Position numbers and translations under genes: made by a program. DNA of 64,000 nt. It comes from Mizuhopecten yessoensis (taxonomy: Eukaryota). Location of the stretch: assembly GCF_002113885.1 (NCBI RefSeq), contig NW_018408727.1, positions 28,334 through 92,333 on the forward strand. The letters run 5' to 3'. The notes under the pieces are model-generated. The model worked only from the letters and a program-made list of their open reading frames with translations. It did no database searches and was not told where the DNA came from. This document shows positions 35,301 through 50,227 of the stretch, in pieces. Position 1 is the stretch's first letter. Each line of letters starts with the position of its first letter.

Positions 35301-36889
35301 TGTATCCAACATGCCATTAATGAATGAAACGTCATAAACAGCATAAAGTATATATGCATCACCCTGTATTTCACACTAACGAACCAATCAAACCGAAGAC
35401 CAATTTGAAATTGAATCGTTTAAAGATGTATGACGACATTCAAGACTGATACAGTACTTCAGTTGCAAAGTTTTGATACATTTTTCCAGTAGAATTCAAT
35501 ATTACTTAGTTTGATGACAGAACAGACCGGAAATAGGCCTTCTGTATGTAAACTGTAACCTATACATATTTAAGCAATAAAACATAGCCATTTAGTTTTT
35601 AAAAACAAATACATGAGGAGCCATATAACTATGTCCTCTTTTTCACAAGCATCTGGTTCTATCGCGTATCAAATTTAACATGTCTGACTAATCTCCTGGT
35701 GTGATCGTTATAAACGGTAGTTTATATCAGCTGTTTGTGCGTTGCTGATTAAGCGTCACTGACGAGGCCTCGGAGAACGAGCCATCTGTACAGGGCATTT
35801 TTGGAATACTGTATCTATTAACAAATTTAAAAGATGCAATCATAGGTATGTGACTAACGTTCGAAATACAAGGTTGTAGATTTTGCTGGTCGATTCTTTA
35901 GTCCCCAAAGTTTGCCTTAGCCTTGGTAGACACAGATATTTCTTTTGAATGATGGCACCATTCGTTATTTACACACTTTACATTTTTAAAATTAGTCAAA
36001 TTAATGGTGTGTTTTTTTTACCTTCTGCTATTGTTTCAGCATTAGTTTAGAACAATTTTGATTCCAATCTTTATTGCCCGAAGCATCAGCGGTGTGTCCT
36101 ATCAGGAGACGGCAGCTGAATTGTGCAATGCACTTTATTTTTGCCATACTGTATCTTTTACCACATCTTAAAGGTACAATCATCAGTTTGCCTTGCGTTC
36201 ATCTTACAAACAGTGTGACCTCGGAGTAAAACATGTTGGTACCAGTCGAGTTCTTGTCTTGTTCGAAAAGCCGTGATTTTATTGCAGCAAAAAAAAACAC
36301 CAAAAAAACATCACTCCCCTGTTACGTATTGTGTAGTGGCAGCAGCCTTTTTATGAAAAGTTATTTTTTAAATTATAGCATTTTTATACACACATTTGTC
36401 CACAGAACCTACCTGGATGGTATCAAAACCATCCACGGGTTAACTAAACAAAGACAAGTGTCCTATAACCTTGAGTTGACTTTGATGAAGCGGAGTATTA
36501 TCATTCTGTAGAGTGCCCGCGATGCTGGGCGCTATCCATCCTAGACGGCGTGCAGTACATGTATACCAAATTTCATTGCAGACAAGTACATCTGTACTCC
36601 CACACAGAAGGAGGTGCGTGTTTTTGTCTGCATTACAGACGTTTATTTACAAACAAAGGCAACACATAAAATAACACTTTACGTGTCAAATACCATGGCA
36701 TTTTAATGTATGCTAATTTTTTAAAACATATATGTGAATATAATTATATATCATCACAGTCAACGAAAAGTTTATCACAGTCCACAATGAATGGTAAATG
36801 GTAGTACAAGTCGATACAGTTTACAGAGGACACTCTAAAGGGTGATTACTGTAATTATAACAATTCAAGATCAATAGAGTAAATGATCA

Positions 36890-39800
36890 AAGTCCGAAGT
36901 AAATAGAGAAGAGGACCACAGTCCAAAGTTTATAGAGGAGACTATCACAGTCAAAAGTAAATAGAGAAGAGGATCACAGTTCAAAGTTTATAGAGGAGAC
37001 GATCGCAGTCCAAGGTAAATAGAAAAGAGGATCACAGTCCAAAGTTTATAGAGGAGACTATCACAGTCAAAAGTTTATAGAGGAGACGATCACTGTCAAA
37101 ATTAAATAAGAAGACGATCACAGTCCAAAGTAAATAGAGGAGGCGATCACAGTCCAAAGTAAATAGAGGAGGCGATCACAGTCCAAAGTTTATAGAGAAT
37201 AGGATCACAGTCCAAAGTAAATAGAGAAGAGGATCACAGTCCAAAGTTTATAGAGAAGAAGATCACAGTCCAAAGTAAATAGAGAAGAGGATCACAGTCC
37301 AAAGTTTATAGAGAAGAGGACCACAGTCCAAAGTTTATAAAGGAGACGATCACAGTCCAAAATAAATAGAGAAGAGGATCACAGTCCAAAGTAAATAGAG
37401 GAGACGATCACAGTCCAAAGTTTATAGAGAAGAGAACCACAGTCCTAGGTTTATAGAGAAGAGGATCACTCCAAAGTAAATAAAGAAGAGGATCACAGTC
37501 CAAAGTAAATAGAGAAGGCGATCACAGTCCAAATTTTATAGAGACGCCTATCGCAGTCCAAAGTCAATAGAGAAGATGATCACAGTCCAAAGTTTATAGA
37601 GGAGACGATCACAGTCCAAAGTAAATAGAGAAGAAAATCACAGTCAAAAGTAAATAAAGAAGATGGTCACAGTCCAGAGTAAATAGAGAATAGGATCACA
37701 GTCCAAAGTTTATAGAAAAGAGGATCACAGTCCAAAGTTTATAGAGAAGAAGATCACAGTCCAAAGTAAATAGAGAAGAGGATCACAGTCCAAAGTAAAT
37801 AGAGAAGGCGATCACATTCCAAATTTTATAGAGACGCCTATCGCAGTCCAAAGTCAATAGAGAAGATGATCACAGTCCAAAGTTTATATCACAGTCCAAA
37901 GTAAATAGAGAAGATGATCACAGTCCAAAGTAAATAGAGAAGACGATCACAGTCCAACGTAAATAGAGGAGACGATCAGAGTCCAAAGTAAATAGAGGAG
38001 ACGATCGCAGTCTAAAATTTATAGAGGAGACGATCACAGTCCAAAGTAAATAGACATAAGGTTACAGTCCAAAGTTTATAGAGGAGACTATCACAGTCCA
38101 AAGTTATAGAGAAGAGGATCACAGTCCAAATTTTATAGAGACGCCTATCGCAGTCCAAAGTCAATAGAGAAGATGATCACAGTCCAAAGTTTATAGAGGA
38201 GAGGATCACAGTCCAAAATAAATAGAGAAGAGGATCACAGTCCAAAGTTTATAGGAAAGAGGATCACAGTCCAAAGTTTATAGAGAAGAGGGTCACAGTC
38301 CAAAGTTTAGAGAGGAGACGATCACAGTCCAAAGTTTATAGAGAAGAGGATCAGAGTCCAAAGTTTATAGAGAAGAGGATCACAGTCCTAGGTTTATAGA
38401 GAAGAGGATCACTCCAAAGTAAATAAAGAAGAGGATCACAGTCCAAAGTAAATAGAGAAGGCGATCACAGTCCAAATTTTATAGAGACGCCTATCGCAGT
38501 CCAAAGTCAATAGAGAAGATGATCACAGTCCAAAGTTTATATCACAGTCCAAAGTAAATAGAGAAGATGATCACAGTCCAAAGTAAATAGAGGAGACGAT
38601 CACAGTCCAAAGTTTATAGAGAATAGGATCACAGTCCAAAGTAAATAGAGAAGAGGATCAGAGTCCAAAGTTTATAGAGAAGAGGATCACAGTCCAAAAT
38701 AAATAGAGAAGAGGATCACAGTCCAAAGTTTATAGAGGAGACGATCACAGTCCAAAGTAAATAGAGAAGATGATCACAGTCAAAAGTAAATAAAGAAGAT
38801 GGTCACAGTCCAGAGTAAATAGAGAAGAGGATCACAGTCCAAAGTTTATAGAAAAGAGGATCACAGTCCAAAGTTTATAGAGAAGATGGTCACAGTCCAA
38901 AGTTTATAGAGGAGACTATCACAGTCCAAAGTTTATAGAGAAGAGGATCACAGTCCAAAGTAAATAGAGAAGGCGATCACAGTCCAAATTTTATAGAGAC
39001 GCCTATCGCAGTCCAAAGTAAATAGAGAAGATGATCACAGTCCAAAGTTTATAGAGGAGACTATCACAACCAAAAGTAAATAGACGATCACAGTCCAAAG
39101 TTTATAGAGGAGAGGATCACAGTCCAAAGCTTATAGAGAAGAGGATCACAGTCCAAAATAAATAGAGAAGAGGATCACAGTCCAAAATAAATAGAGAAGA
39201 GGATCACAGTCCAAAGTTTATAGAGAAGAGGATCACAGTCCAAAGTTTATAGAGAAGATGGTCACAGTCCAAAGTTTATAGAGGAGACTATCACAGTCCA
39301 AAGTTATAGAGAAGAGGATCACAGTCCAAATTTTATAGAGACGCCTATCGCAGTCCAAATTTTATAGAGACGCCTATCGCACTCCAAAGTAAATAGAGAA
39401 GATGATCACAGTCCAAAGTTTATAGAGGAGAAGATCACAGTCCAAAGCAAATAGAGAAGAGGAGCACAATCCAAAGTTTATAGAGGAGAATATCACAGTT
39501 TCATGTCAAAGGAGAATATCACAGTCCAAAGTAAATAGAGGAGACGATCACAGTCCCAAGTAAATAGAGAAGCGGATCACAGTCCAAATTTTATAGAGAC
39601 GCCAATCGCAGTCCAAATTTTATAGAGATGCCTATCGCAGTCCAAAGTAAATATAGAAGATGATCACAGCACAAAGTTTATAGAGGAGCCGATCACAGTC
39701 CAAAGTTTATAGAGAAGTGGATCACAGTCCAAAGTTTATAGAGAAGAGAGTCACAGTCCAAAGTTTATAGAGGAGACGATCACAGTCCAAAGTAAATAGA

Positions 39801-42800
39801 GAAGAGGAGCACAATCCAAAGTTTATAGAGAAGAGGATCACAGTCCAAAGTAAATAGAGGAGACGATCACAGCCCAAAGTTTATAGAGGAGACGATCACA
39901 GTCCAAAATAAATAGAGAAGAGGATCACAGTCCAAAGTTTAAAGAGAAGATGATCACAGTCAAAAATCATAGAACAGGTTTACATAATGCAGTCATTAAA
40001 GAAGATTATCCCAGCCCAAAGTCAAAGGAGAATATCACAGTGTCAGGTCAAAGGAGAATATCACAGTGTCAAGTCAAAGGAGAATATCAACGTCTCAGGT
40101 CAAGAGAAAATCACAGTCAACGGTCAAAGAAGAATATCACAGTCTCAGGCCGACTAAGAATATCACAGTGTCAAGTCAAAGGAGAATATCAACGTCTCAG
40201 GTCAAGAGAAAATCACAGTCAACGGTCAAAGAAGAATATCACAGTCTCAGGTCGAATAAGAATATCACAGTGTCAAGTCAAAGGAGAATATCACAGTCTC
40301 AGGTCGAATAAGAATATCACAGTGTCAAGTCAAAGGAGAATATCACAGTGTCAGAGGATCACAGTCCAAAGTTTATAGAGAAGAGGACCACAGTCCTAGG
40401 TTTATAGAGAAGAGGATCACTCCAAAGTAAATAGAGAAGAGGATCACAGTGCAAAGTAAATAGAGAAGAGGATCACAGTCTAAAGTTTATAGAGAAGAGG
40501 ATCACAGTCCAAAGTAAATAGAGTAGACGATCACAGTCCAAAGTTTATAGAGGACAGGATCACAGTCCAAAGTTTATAGAGAAGTGGATCACAGTCCAAA
40601 GTTTATAGAGAAGATGGACACAGTCCAAAGTTTATAGAGGAGACTATCACAGTCCAAAGTTTATAGAGAAGAGGATCACAGTCCAAAGTTTATAGGAAAG
40701 AGGATCACAGTCCAAAGTTTATAGAGGAGAGGATCACAGTCCAAAGTTTATAGAGAAAAGAGTCACAGTCCAAAGTTTATAGAGGAGACGATCACAGTCC
40801 AAAGTTTATAGAGGAGACGATCACAGTCCAAAGTAAATAGAGAAGATGATCACAGTCAAAAGTAAATAAAGAAGATGGTCACAGTCCAAAGTTTATAGAG
40901 GAGACTATCACAGTCCAAAGTTTATAGAGAAGAGGATCAAAGTCCAAAGTTTATAGGAAAGAGGATCACAGTCCAAAGTTTATAGAGGAGAGGATCACAG
41001 TCCAAAGTTTATAGAGAAGTGGATCACAGTCCAAAGCTTATAGAGAAGAGAGTCACAGTCCAAAGTTTATAGAGGAGACGATCACAGTCCAAAATAAATA
41101 GAGAAGAGGATCACAGTCCAAAGTAAACAGAGAAGAGGATCACAGTCCAAAGTTTATAGGAAAGAGGATCACAGTCCAAAGTTTATAGAGGAGACGATCA
41201 CAGTCCAAAGTAAATAGAGAAGAGGAGCACAGTCCAAAGTTTATAGAGAAGAGGATTACAGTCCAAAGTTTATAGAGAAGAGGGTCACAGTCCAAAGTTT
41301 AGAGAGGAGACGATCACAGTCCAAAGTTTATAGAGAAGAGAGGCACAGTCCAACGTTTATAGAGGAGACGATCACAGTCCAAAATAAATAGAGAAGAGGA
41401 TCACAGTCCAAAGTTTAAAGAGAAGAGGATCACAGTCAAAAATCATAGAACAGGTTTACAGTCAAAAATCATAGAACAGGATTACATAATGCAGTCATTA
41501 AAGAAGATTATCCCAGCCCAAAGTCAAAGGAGAATATCACAGTGTCAGGTCAAAGGAGAATATCACAGTGTCAAGTCAAAGGAGAATATCAACGTCTCAG
41601 GTCAAGAGAAAATCACAGTCAACGGTCAAAGAAGAATATCACAGTCTCAGGTCGAATAAGAATATCACAGTGTCAAGTCAAAGGAGAATATCAACGTCTC
41701 AGGTCAAGAGAAAATCACAGTCAACGGTCAAAGAAGAATATCACAGTCTCAGGTCGAATAAGAATATCACAGTGTCAAGTCAAAGGAGAATATCACAGTG
41801 TCAAGTCAAAGGAGAATATCACAGTGTCAGAGGATCACAGTCCAAAGTTTATAGAGAAGAGGATCACAGTCCAAAGTTTAAAGAGAAGAGGATCACAGTC
41901 AAAAATCATAGAACAGGTTTACATAATGCAGTCATTAAAGAAGATTATCACAGCCCAAAGTCAAAGGAGAATATCACAGTGTCAGGTCAAAGGAGAATAT
42001 CACAGTGTCAAGTCAAAGGAGAATAGCACAGTGTCAAGTCAAAGGAGAATATCACAGTGTCAAGTCAAAGGAGAATATCAACGTCTCAGGTCAAGAGAAA
42101 ATCACAGTCAACGGTCAAAGAAGAATATCACAGTCTCAGGTCGAATAAGAATATCACAGTGTCAAGTCAAAGGAGAATATCACAGTGTCAAGTCAAAGGA
42201 GAATATCACAGTCTCAGGTCAAAAGAGAATATTACAGTCAACGGTCAAAGAAGAATATCACAGTCTCAGGTCAAATGAGAATATCAACGTCTCAGGTCAA
42301 AAGAGAATATTACAGTCAAAGGTCAAAGAAGGATATCACAGTCTCAGGTCAAATGAGAATATTACAGTGTCATGTCAAAAGAGAATATCACAGTCAACGA
42401 TCAAAGAAGAACATCACAGTCTCAGGTCAAAGGAGAACATTACAGCCACGGTCAAAGGAGAATATCACGTCAAATGAGAATATCAGTAAACGGTCAAATG
42501 CGAATATCACAGGTTCATGTCAAAGGAGAATATCGCAGTTTCATGTCAAAGGAGAATAACACAGTTTCAGGTCAAAGGAGAATATTACAGTCAACGGTCA
42601 AATGATAATATCACAGTTTCAGGTCAAAGGAGAATATTACAGCCCATGGTCAAGGAGAATATCAGTCTACGATCAAATGAGAATATCAGTCTCAGGTCAG
42701 ATGAGAATATCACAGTCTACGGTCAAAGGAGAATATCACAGTCAACGGTCAAATGAGAATATCACAGTTTCAGGTCAAAGGAGAATATCACAGTCTCAGG

Positions 42801-42990
42801 TCAAAGGAGAATATCACAGGCGGCGGTCAAAGGATATTATCACAGTCTGCGGGCAAAGGAGGATATTACTGTCTACGGTCAAAGGAGAATATCAGTCATA
42901 TGTCAAAGGAGGTGGAAGTTCTTCAGAAAAAAGAGAATATCACAGTCTATGGTCAAAGGAGAATATATCCTAGTCATTGGTAAAAGGAGA
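36890..42990 (+). repeat. 6-kb compound satellite: 29-bp unit plus related about 26-bp unit
   Basis: GATCACAGTCCAAAGT(TT/AA)ATAGAGAAGAG arrays alternate with GAGAATATCACAGTGTCAAGTCAAAG-type blocks. Confidence 0.97.
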
Positions 42991-45900
42991 ATATCCCATT
43001 CTAAGGTCTTGTATAGTCAATATATATCAAGCCTCATGCCCACTTAGTATATTTTTTAAACTAGGGGAGAGACATGGGGGGACAGTTTGTTTGTAGCCCT
43101 TTTGTTCATGGTTTTACATTCTCACAAAATGTAAATGCAAGTTTGGTATCTTTCCAGGGAAACATTTGAATGCACGTTGGTCTTTCTGAAGCTAAACAAT
43201 GCAAATAGCCAAGAACTTTTATTTCCGGCTTTAGATGATAGAATTCTCCACTCATTTAATCATCAGGACAACATCGTGTTAAAAGGAAGATGACTCACTT
43301 GTAAAGAAGCTCTAGGCTTTTTCTTTATTTTATAGCCAAGTCAGCCTATTAGAGTTGTGGGAGTTAACAGAGACATGCCACTTGAGATTTAGGTCACAAT
43401 ATATACAGGTCACACAATGTATGTGTGACTCCTGCATGGTAGAACAGTTCCATCACTTCACTGAATTGGAACTTTTGTTTTCATCATCTGCTGCATGGAT
43501 CATGAACTTCCATTTCCTCTTTCATAAAACAATTTTATCATAATTCTTCCAGTCCACTCAGCTGTACAAAACTACAGAACACCGTGACACAAGTGGAACT
43601 GTATGAGCATGTAGCTATAGGTAGTCCTTCGACTTCATTACTAGAGTTTCAATACACTATATGTACGTGTACATTATATAAATATAATACAAACAAGGAA
43701 TACAATTTAACAAGCCTCTTTATTTATACAGTATAATGAAATGAATTGCTGCCATACACATTTATATCGACTAGCTCTCATTTCCGATTACTCAACTTTC
43801 ACCAAATCTTTTGCACTAAATCACACACAAATACTGCTATATAGCATCGACAATTTCTTTCATATCTTATATAAATAAAAGAGTAACACAAAAAAAAATC
43901 AGCAAAATAATATGACTAGGATAGGCTGTTAGCTGCCTAACCATACATTCTACAGATAGAGTGATGGTGAATCAGACAGAAACCTGTAACACATGGCCTC
44001 GTCTTCGACTAATACAGCCTCCAATTCAGTCTCACTCTGTCTCCGGTACATAACTTAGGATCAGATCTGACTTTTATTTAATTGTGATATAACACAAATT
44101 TCCAGCATTGTGTATTTATAACTATATATGTGTACAAGTGATTAATATTAATGAGGTAGCACTACTTGAGCGGACATGCCAGGTTTTAGAGGATGCCAAC
44201 AGATTATGGACCCCCCTCCAGGCGATACGTTGGACACCTCTACAAATGATGTTTAGGCAGAGCTGTACTGAATGTGAGACAAACTGGCCTTCCTCCAGTA
44301 CCCCAGGCACATCACAGCTTAAACCAGTGAGATGTGTGGGCACATCACTAAGAATACCAGTGAAAAATAGTACTGGCAGGTACACATTTGTCTAGAGTAG
44401 AGAGGCCTTCAGCTTCTGTATTTATGGAGCCCTATCTCACTGATCCCCCGATTACCTAGCAGGTATATACATAGTCCTATATAAACCTTCATAACCCCCA
44501 GGTTTAATCATGTTCCCATGACCTCAGCTAGTATAGAAAGTATATATATATGTCAGTAAATACCTATAGTATACCCAGACCTATAGATACATGCATTACA
44601 TGATCAGCGACTGTGTGTTCTTTCTAGCTCACTTTTCTATTTATTATGGAACATTTAGAAATTTTGGCATGATTTCAAAATTTGGGAAACAAAATTTACA
44701 TATTTTGATTTTATTGGTATAAATTATAGTTACACATCTATGTTGTTAAACCCAAATTGTCTCATCAATGTCCCGTCTACTGTCATGTCTTAAGGAATTT
44801 AACAGGGTCATTTGTACTAGGCACTGTTAATCAGATATTCATCTCGCATATATAAATACTTTTATATATAACTAATAGTCAGACGTTTTGTGATAGGAAA
44901 TCTAAAACAGTTAAATCTTTTATAAATAATGGGGGCTAAAGACACTGATGTTAAAACTCTAGAAAATGTCCCAGGAGGTGGGCGACATATTTGACTACAT
45001 CATTCTAATAATAACTATATAGCTACCTAGCTATACTGGACTTCGAGTTATGTATGTATGTTTGAACAATGACCTTTCCCTATATAGATCGAGCTCCTGT
45101 ACAAACATGTCATCTACAACTTAAATACCCAAATAAACAAACAATTCATCCCAAAATAAAAACGTATATACAGTTAATTATAACAATGTTAGCAGTATTC
45201 CCACCTATTTTCTATAAGTCTTGCTTACCACGGAAATAATACTTATAAACTTTTAGTGCAAATGTACTCAATGTCTGCATTGATGGTGATTGAACACCAA
45301 TCTCATTGTAATTTAAGTTAACTTTAATTTGTTACTTTATTCTGAAACGATCTTCAGTAACATATATGTAATCTTTTAACACAAATATACATCTATATTA
45401 TTACAGACATATACAATAAATATAATTATATTGGACACTTGACACAAGAACAGTATAGTGACCTCACGGGGCAATTAATTTTGAACTGTTAATTCAAGCA
45501 TGGTATAATTTTACAACACCAATAAATTTTAGATTTAATCAGACTAGATTTCAGTTAAATAACTTATAATTAATTTAAACAAATTTGGCGCTATTTTTAC
45601 CCCATAGCTCACTGCTGTACATAGTAAATAAAACAGGGCGTGTCGATAGCCAAATAAGGGCTAGGCAACATAGTGGGAGATCAGCTTACTGGGTATATAT
45701 TGTAAACTTTATTGTACGCCTTTAAACTTTCTCTCTCACAATAGAGGTCAAGTTGTATTTCAAGATTTAAACTCCCACAATGTTCATATGAACACGACTC
45801 GCCTCACGAGTGCTGGAATTTACAAGCAAAGCTTTTATACACATAACTATTAAACTGCTGAAGAGCTTAACTGGGAGTGAACCTCATGATTATACATAAT

Positions 45901-46261
45901 GAGGATACAATTTGTTATTTCAATCACTCCCTTCCAAGATTCGACATAATAGCCACACAATCCTAAGTAATATATGTTCCACTCCAATTGTGATTCATGC
46001 ATGGCTGTGTGTCTATGGTTCCGACAGCATAGCCTGGTTAGGTCAATTACAGGTGTGCACGATTATTGTATCAAAAGCAAATCCTGACATAAAAAGCACT
46101 GTCTCTTAACAATTCCACATGTATTAGTTAAAATGTAATGCCACAGCGAACAAATGTACTTCTTGAATTAGGACATACAAGTAACATACTTGGGATTCGT
46201 CTCTCTGTTAGTGTCGTCCCAAGTGATCACAAATGCTACAATTGTCATACTGCCCCACTTA

Positions 46262-47809
46262 TCACCTGGGCAAGCAGTCAGATAAAATTTCCTTGGCTGT
46301 AGAAGATATGTGGTTAGGAAATGTCACATCGAATTGAACTATCAAGTCCCCACGTTTGTTGGGCTGTTTGGGAAGTGGAAGTCCTTCACCCTGTATTCGT
46401 TTTAGACTGTTAGGTTTAACTACATCTGTTAATCTGAGAGGTATTTTCCTTCCGTCGATGGTAGGTACTTGAACTGTTGTGCCGCACAGCGACTGTAACA
46501 AAGAGTGTATTATTAGTTACAAGTTGAATTGTAGGGTATTATACATATATTATTACAATAAATATCTCTGGAATGTTCTATTTACCACAAGAATGTGCAT
46601 TGTACATGTAGGGATATCAACATATTTGTTTAACAACAAACAGGATGATTTTGGCTATAATAGTGTACATTCTCTTTTACCGATATATTACGGTTACCCC
46701 TTACTGTGTTGATTCAATATATAATGAGCTCTGATATTTTCCATTCAAATTAAATATGAGTTTTAGTATAAATAAAACTTTCATCTTTTCCGAATTATCA
46801 CTAACCATGGTTTAACAAATACAATGAAAACAATAATATCATGTCAAATCTATAAATACATTTCGATTTTTCCAATTTATAATTTACAACATGTTTTGAG
46901 GGTGATTTTTCAAAATGTGTAGTTCATTTCCCTTTAAGTTGGGTGTGCACTAGTCTACATGGGTACATATTTGCGTTTTTTTATACTTACATCTCGTAGT
47001 GGAATCTTTGCTTTGTATGTTATATCACTACCTTCCCTCGCAAACTGTGTGTGTGGTTTGTCCTTTATCACAAAAACAACATCTGCTGGCACACTGTTTG
47101 GTGACTGATCCCCTTCCTTCGGAAAAGTGATCTTAGTACCAGCCTTCCAGCCTGGTTTTACATCGATTGTTAATATCTTGTCCTCTATTCTTGTTGTTTT
47201 ACCATCTGGATTTAAAACTCGTCTTGTGATTTTCAGTTTTTTAGTCGTTCCTCTATGAATGTCTTCCAGAGATACAGGCAGGTCCTTGACAACAGGTGGG
47301 TCTTGACGTTTCCTTCCCCGCACGTGCGGCCCCATATGGTGTCCGTGCATCCCTTGCCCACCAAATCCAAAAGGATCATCATCAATGTCCATATCCTCTT
47401 GACCAGGATGTCCAAACTGGTACTGGCGGGGCCCACCCATACCTTGACCACCAAATCCGGAGTGGAAAAAGTTATCAAAGGGATTGTCAGTACCGAAAAA
47501 CATCCGGAAAGTTTCGTGAGGGTTTCCTTGGAACGAGTAGCTATATGTACCCGGGCCAGGGTGACCCCCGCCCCCTGAGGGACCACCATTTTTCAGACCG
47601 TCCTCGCCATACTTATCGTATATTTCCCTTTTCTTCTTGTCACTAAGTACATCGTATGCCTCGGCTATCTCCTTGAATTTCTCCTCTGCTCCAGGTGACT
47701 TGTTTTTGTCGGGGTGATACTTTAGCGCCATTTTTCTGTATCCCTTTTTAATTTCATCGTCGGTTGATGCCTTGGTCACACCAAGAATCTTGTAAAAGTC
47801 CTTCCCCAT
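46262..47809 (-). CDS. DNAJB4: DnaJ homolog subfamily B (DNAJB1/4/5-type Hsp40), 349 aa, 2 coding exons
   Basis: Exons 47809-46991 (GAT|gtaagt) and 46492-46262 (ttacag|TCG). J-domain [11 protein letters not shown]...HPDKN, G/F-rich linker, C-terminal [18 protein letters not shown] and [25 protein letters not shown]. The exact paralog name is uncertain. Confidence 0.95.
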
Positions 47810-47892
47810 GTTGCACAGTGTAATTCACAGCACAGACTATATGCTCAAACCTGTTACGTTTCTAACTGACCTACTCCCGTCTGACGTTTCAC

Positions 47893-47953
47893 TTAAATAT
47901 ATGGCAACTTCCGTTCTCGGTGTTTCCCGAACTTTCTCGATGCGTCTGGAAGA
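47893..47953 (-). promoter_or_regulatory. heat-shock element and TATA-like box of the DNAJB gene
   Basis: 5-bp-phased nGAAn/nTTCn units: TTC 47914, TTC 47924, GAA 47929, TTC 47934, GAt 47939, gTC 47944, GAA 47949. TATATTTAA (minus) at 47893-47901. Confidence 0.8.
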
Positions 47954-50227
47954 TTTGCGTCACTTCCTGTTCTTTAAATAGAAAAGGAATCCTGACGGAT
48001 AGCTAAATAGTTTATAGTTTATACCTTAATTAGGCCTACATAAGTTTTGTTTTGTGAGACTGACATATTATGATTATCAACACTGTAAAAATCATAAGGC
48101 CTAGTTAAAAATATGGAGAGCTAACTTAGTTTTAACCACATTTTAGTTAAGTGCGCTACAAAAAATACAGAACAAGTACGACAATCTCCGTCAGTTAAAT
48201 ACACAGGCATATGGTGAAAGTGATCTGTTGTTATTCATTCATTAATACCATAGAAATCACTCCGAAACCGTTTTGCAACGATTTCAGTAAAATGAGTTCG
48301 ACATATGCACTGTTGACAGATGTGGCCGCAAGGCTCAAGCTATATACAGCTAGGTATGTAGTCGAGTCGCGGAGCTGTCAAGTTGATTTATTGATTTCAT
48401 TTAAAATCGAAAGTACTGGAGGGACGTTTCACTATTACGACACCAGAACAAATTCCCTGTCAAGACAATGACTTGTAGAGCTTTATTTATACAAACAGTT
48501 CCTGGTCAAGATCAAACCTGACCAGGAATTGATTAATTGTTCCGTCAAAAGTCCATTACTCTGTAAATAGGTTTATACAATTAAATACATGTATTTAGAT
48601 ATGCACATTCAGTCTGTTGGCTAAATAACAAAGGGATGATTCTTTACATACAATTATTTCAAATGTCATCCCGTGGCATAGTCTAATACATTTGACTTGA
48701 GGTGCTGGTATATTTCTTTATCTATAACAGCATGTTCATCAGCTACCACAGCCTCTTGTCTGTTTGTTTGTTTGTTTGTTTGGATGAACCTACCAACAAA
48801 AACACACCAAGTTCACTACCTTCTCCAGTTGGCAAGATTTATAAACCATTATTTTTCTTATATCATTGTTTTACGCAAAAAACAATTCCACTTCTTCTCC
48901 AGTTATCGCTGATTGTCCAACTAATCGAATCAGTCTCAATAATGAAACGAAAATCATATACTTGTAATTTATTTGGAAATATTTCATAAGCATTTATTAG
49001 AGTTTGGCACTTTGTTTCTTCTGAAAACCTGAAATCATGTGATGATACTGATTTTATTTCTGAATGGTTTAATATTTTAACTCTTATATAGACCTCAAAA
49101 CAAGTTGTATTCATTATATAACAATCAAAGATGTGCAAGCTTGCAACGGCGAGAGCACGACAATGATCATTGCGGCGACCCTTTGGACATGGAAGAAAAA
49201 TGATTATGTCTTTTCTTAAAATATCTGGAAGCAGTATTATTCAGACCCTTTAGTTATAATTTTAAAAAGTTACACGGACATGACAGCGATTTACGTCACT
49301 TGTTTTATACACTTATTTTTACAGGTGATTACACACGGAAACGTTACAAAACATCACGCGGACACTATATATTTCCTTGTGAGAGTTCGGCTGCTGACTG
49401 GGTGTAGGCGGCGTTAAGTAATTGCTGACGTCACCAGTTAACGTGATTGTCTAATGATATTTTGGTACGTAATGCACTGCTCTAGTTTTTGCAGTGAATT
49501 ATGTTTGTTGTGGGGTGAAGTGTTTGTTGTAAGGTCTGTATGCTACAGTACGATGTTGGCTGTGTTTTCCAGGGTGGTACATCTCTGTGGTATGCAGTTC
49601 AACAAAGAACACATACACGCGCTGGAAGAAATACAGATATCTTGGCCATGGCACGTGCTTCCCTGGTTGATGACTCACAAACTGGCCTGATTATTGTTGA
49701 TATATATATATATATGATATGAAGTGAAGAATGCATAACAAACCCTGGATCTAAGCCATACCTATTGTTATGTGGGGCAGAAGTTGACAGGCTGAGACAG
49801 CAAGAATACTGATATTCATATTTATCTTTCGCCTTTGCATTCTAAATCACGTTTATTTAAACAAACAAAAACACGTCGTTATAGAGCTATTTTGTTTTTA
49901 CTAAATCTGGAAATTAAATATCAAAGACTGAAATGTTTGGTCTTTAAAAAAAAGAGTAAATATGGTTCTTCGTGATAAAGTGACAGCCAGCTGCATCCGT
50001 CGATGTACAAAATTAACCGTTAACGTTATGGTATATCAGAGTCACGTGCTCCGAAGACATAATTTTATCTGACGGTCCGTTTTCTTTGAATTACGTTTGA
50101 TTGGTAACACTATGCGTCGGTGATATCAGCGGTGATAAATGCATTTTTAATATCGATATAATTTTTTCATTAGTGATAAAGCATATTTATTATTGTGCTA
50201 TCACCTTTCAATTATATAGTTATACAA

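Noticed and set aside
35753-35790. Hammerhead-like gcgtcaCTGACGAggcc...
   Set aside because: The GAAA core and helix II pairing are missing; at most a dead remnant.
39950-42983. Repetitive ORFs up to 311 aa (ITVSGQRRISQ...)
   Set aside because: Open in several frames because the satellite units lack stops; no evidence of coding constraint.
43355-44395. Short ORFs and a possible minus-strand acceptor near 43560
   Set aside because: No recognisable protein; more likely DNAJB 3' UTR or downstream sequence.
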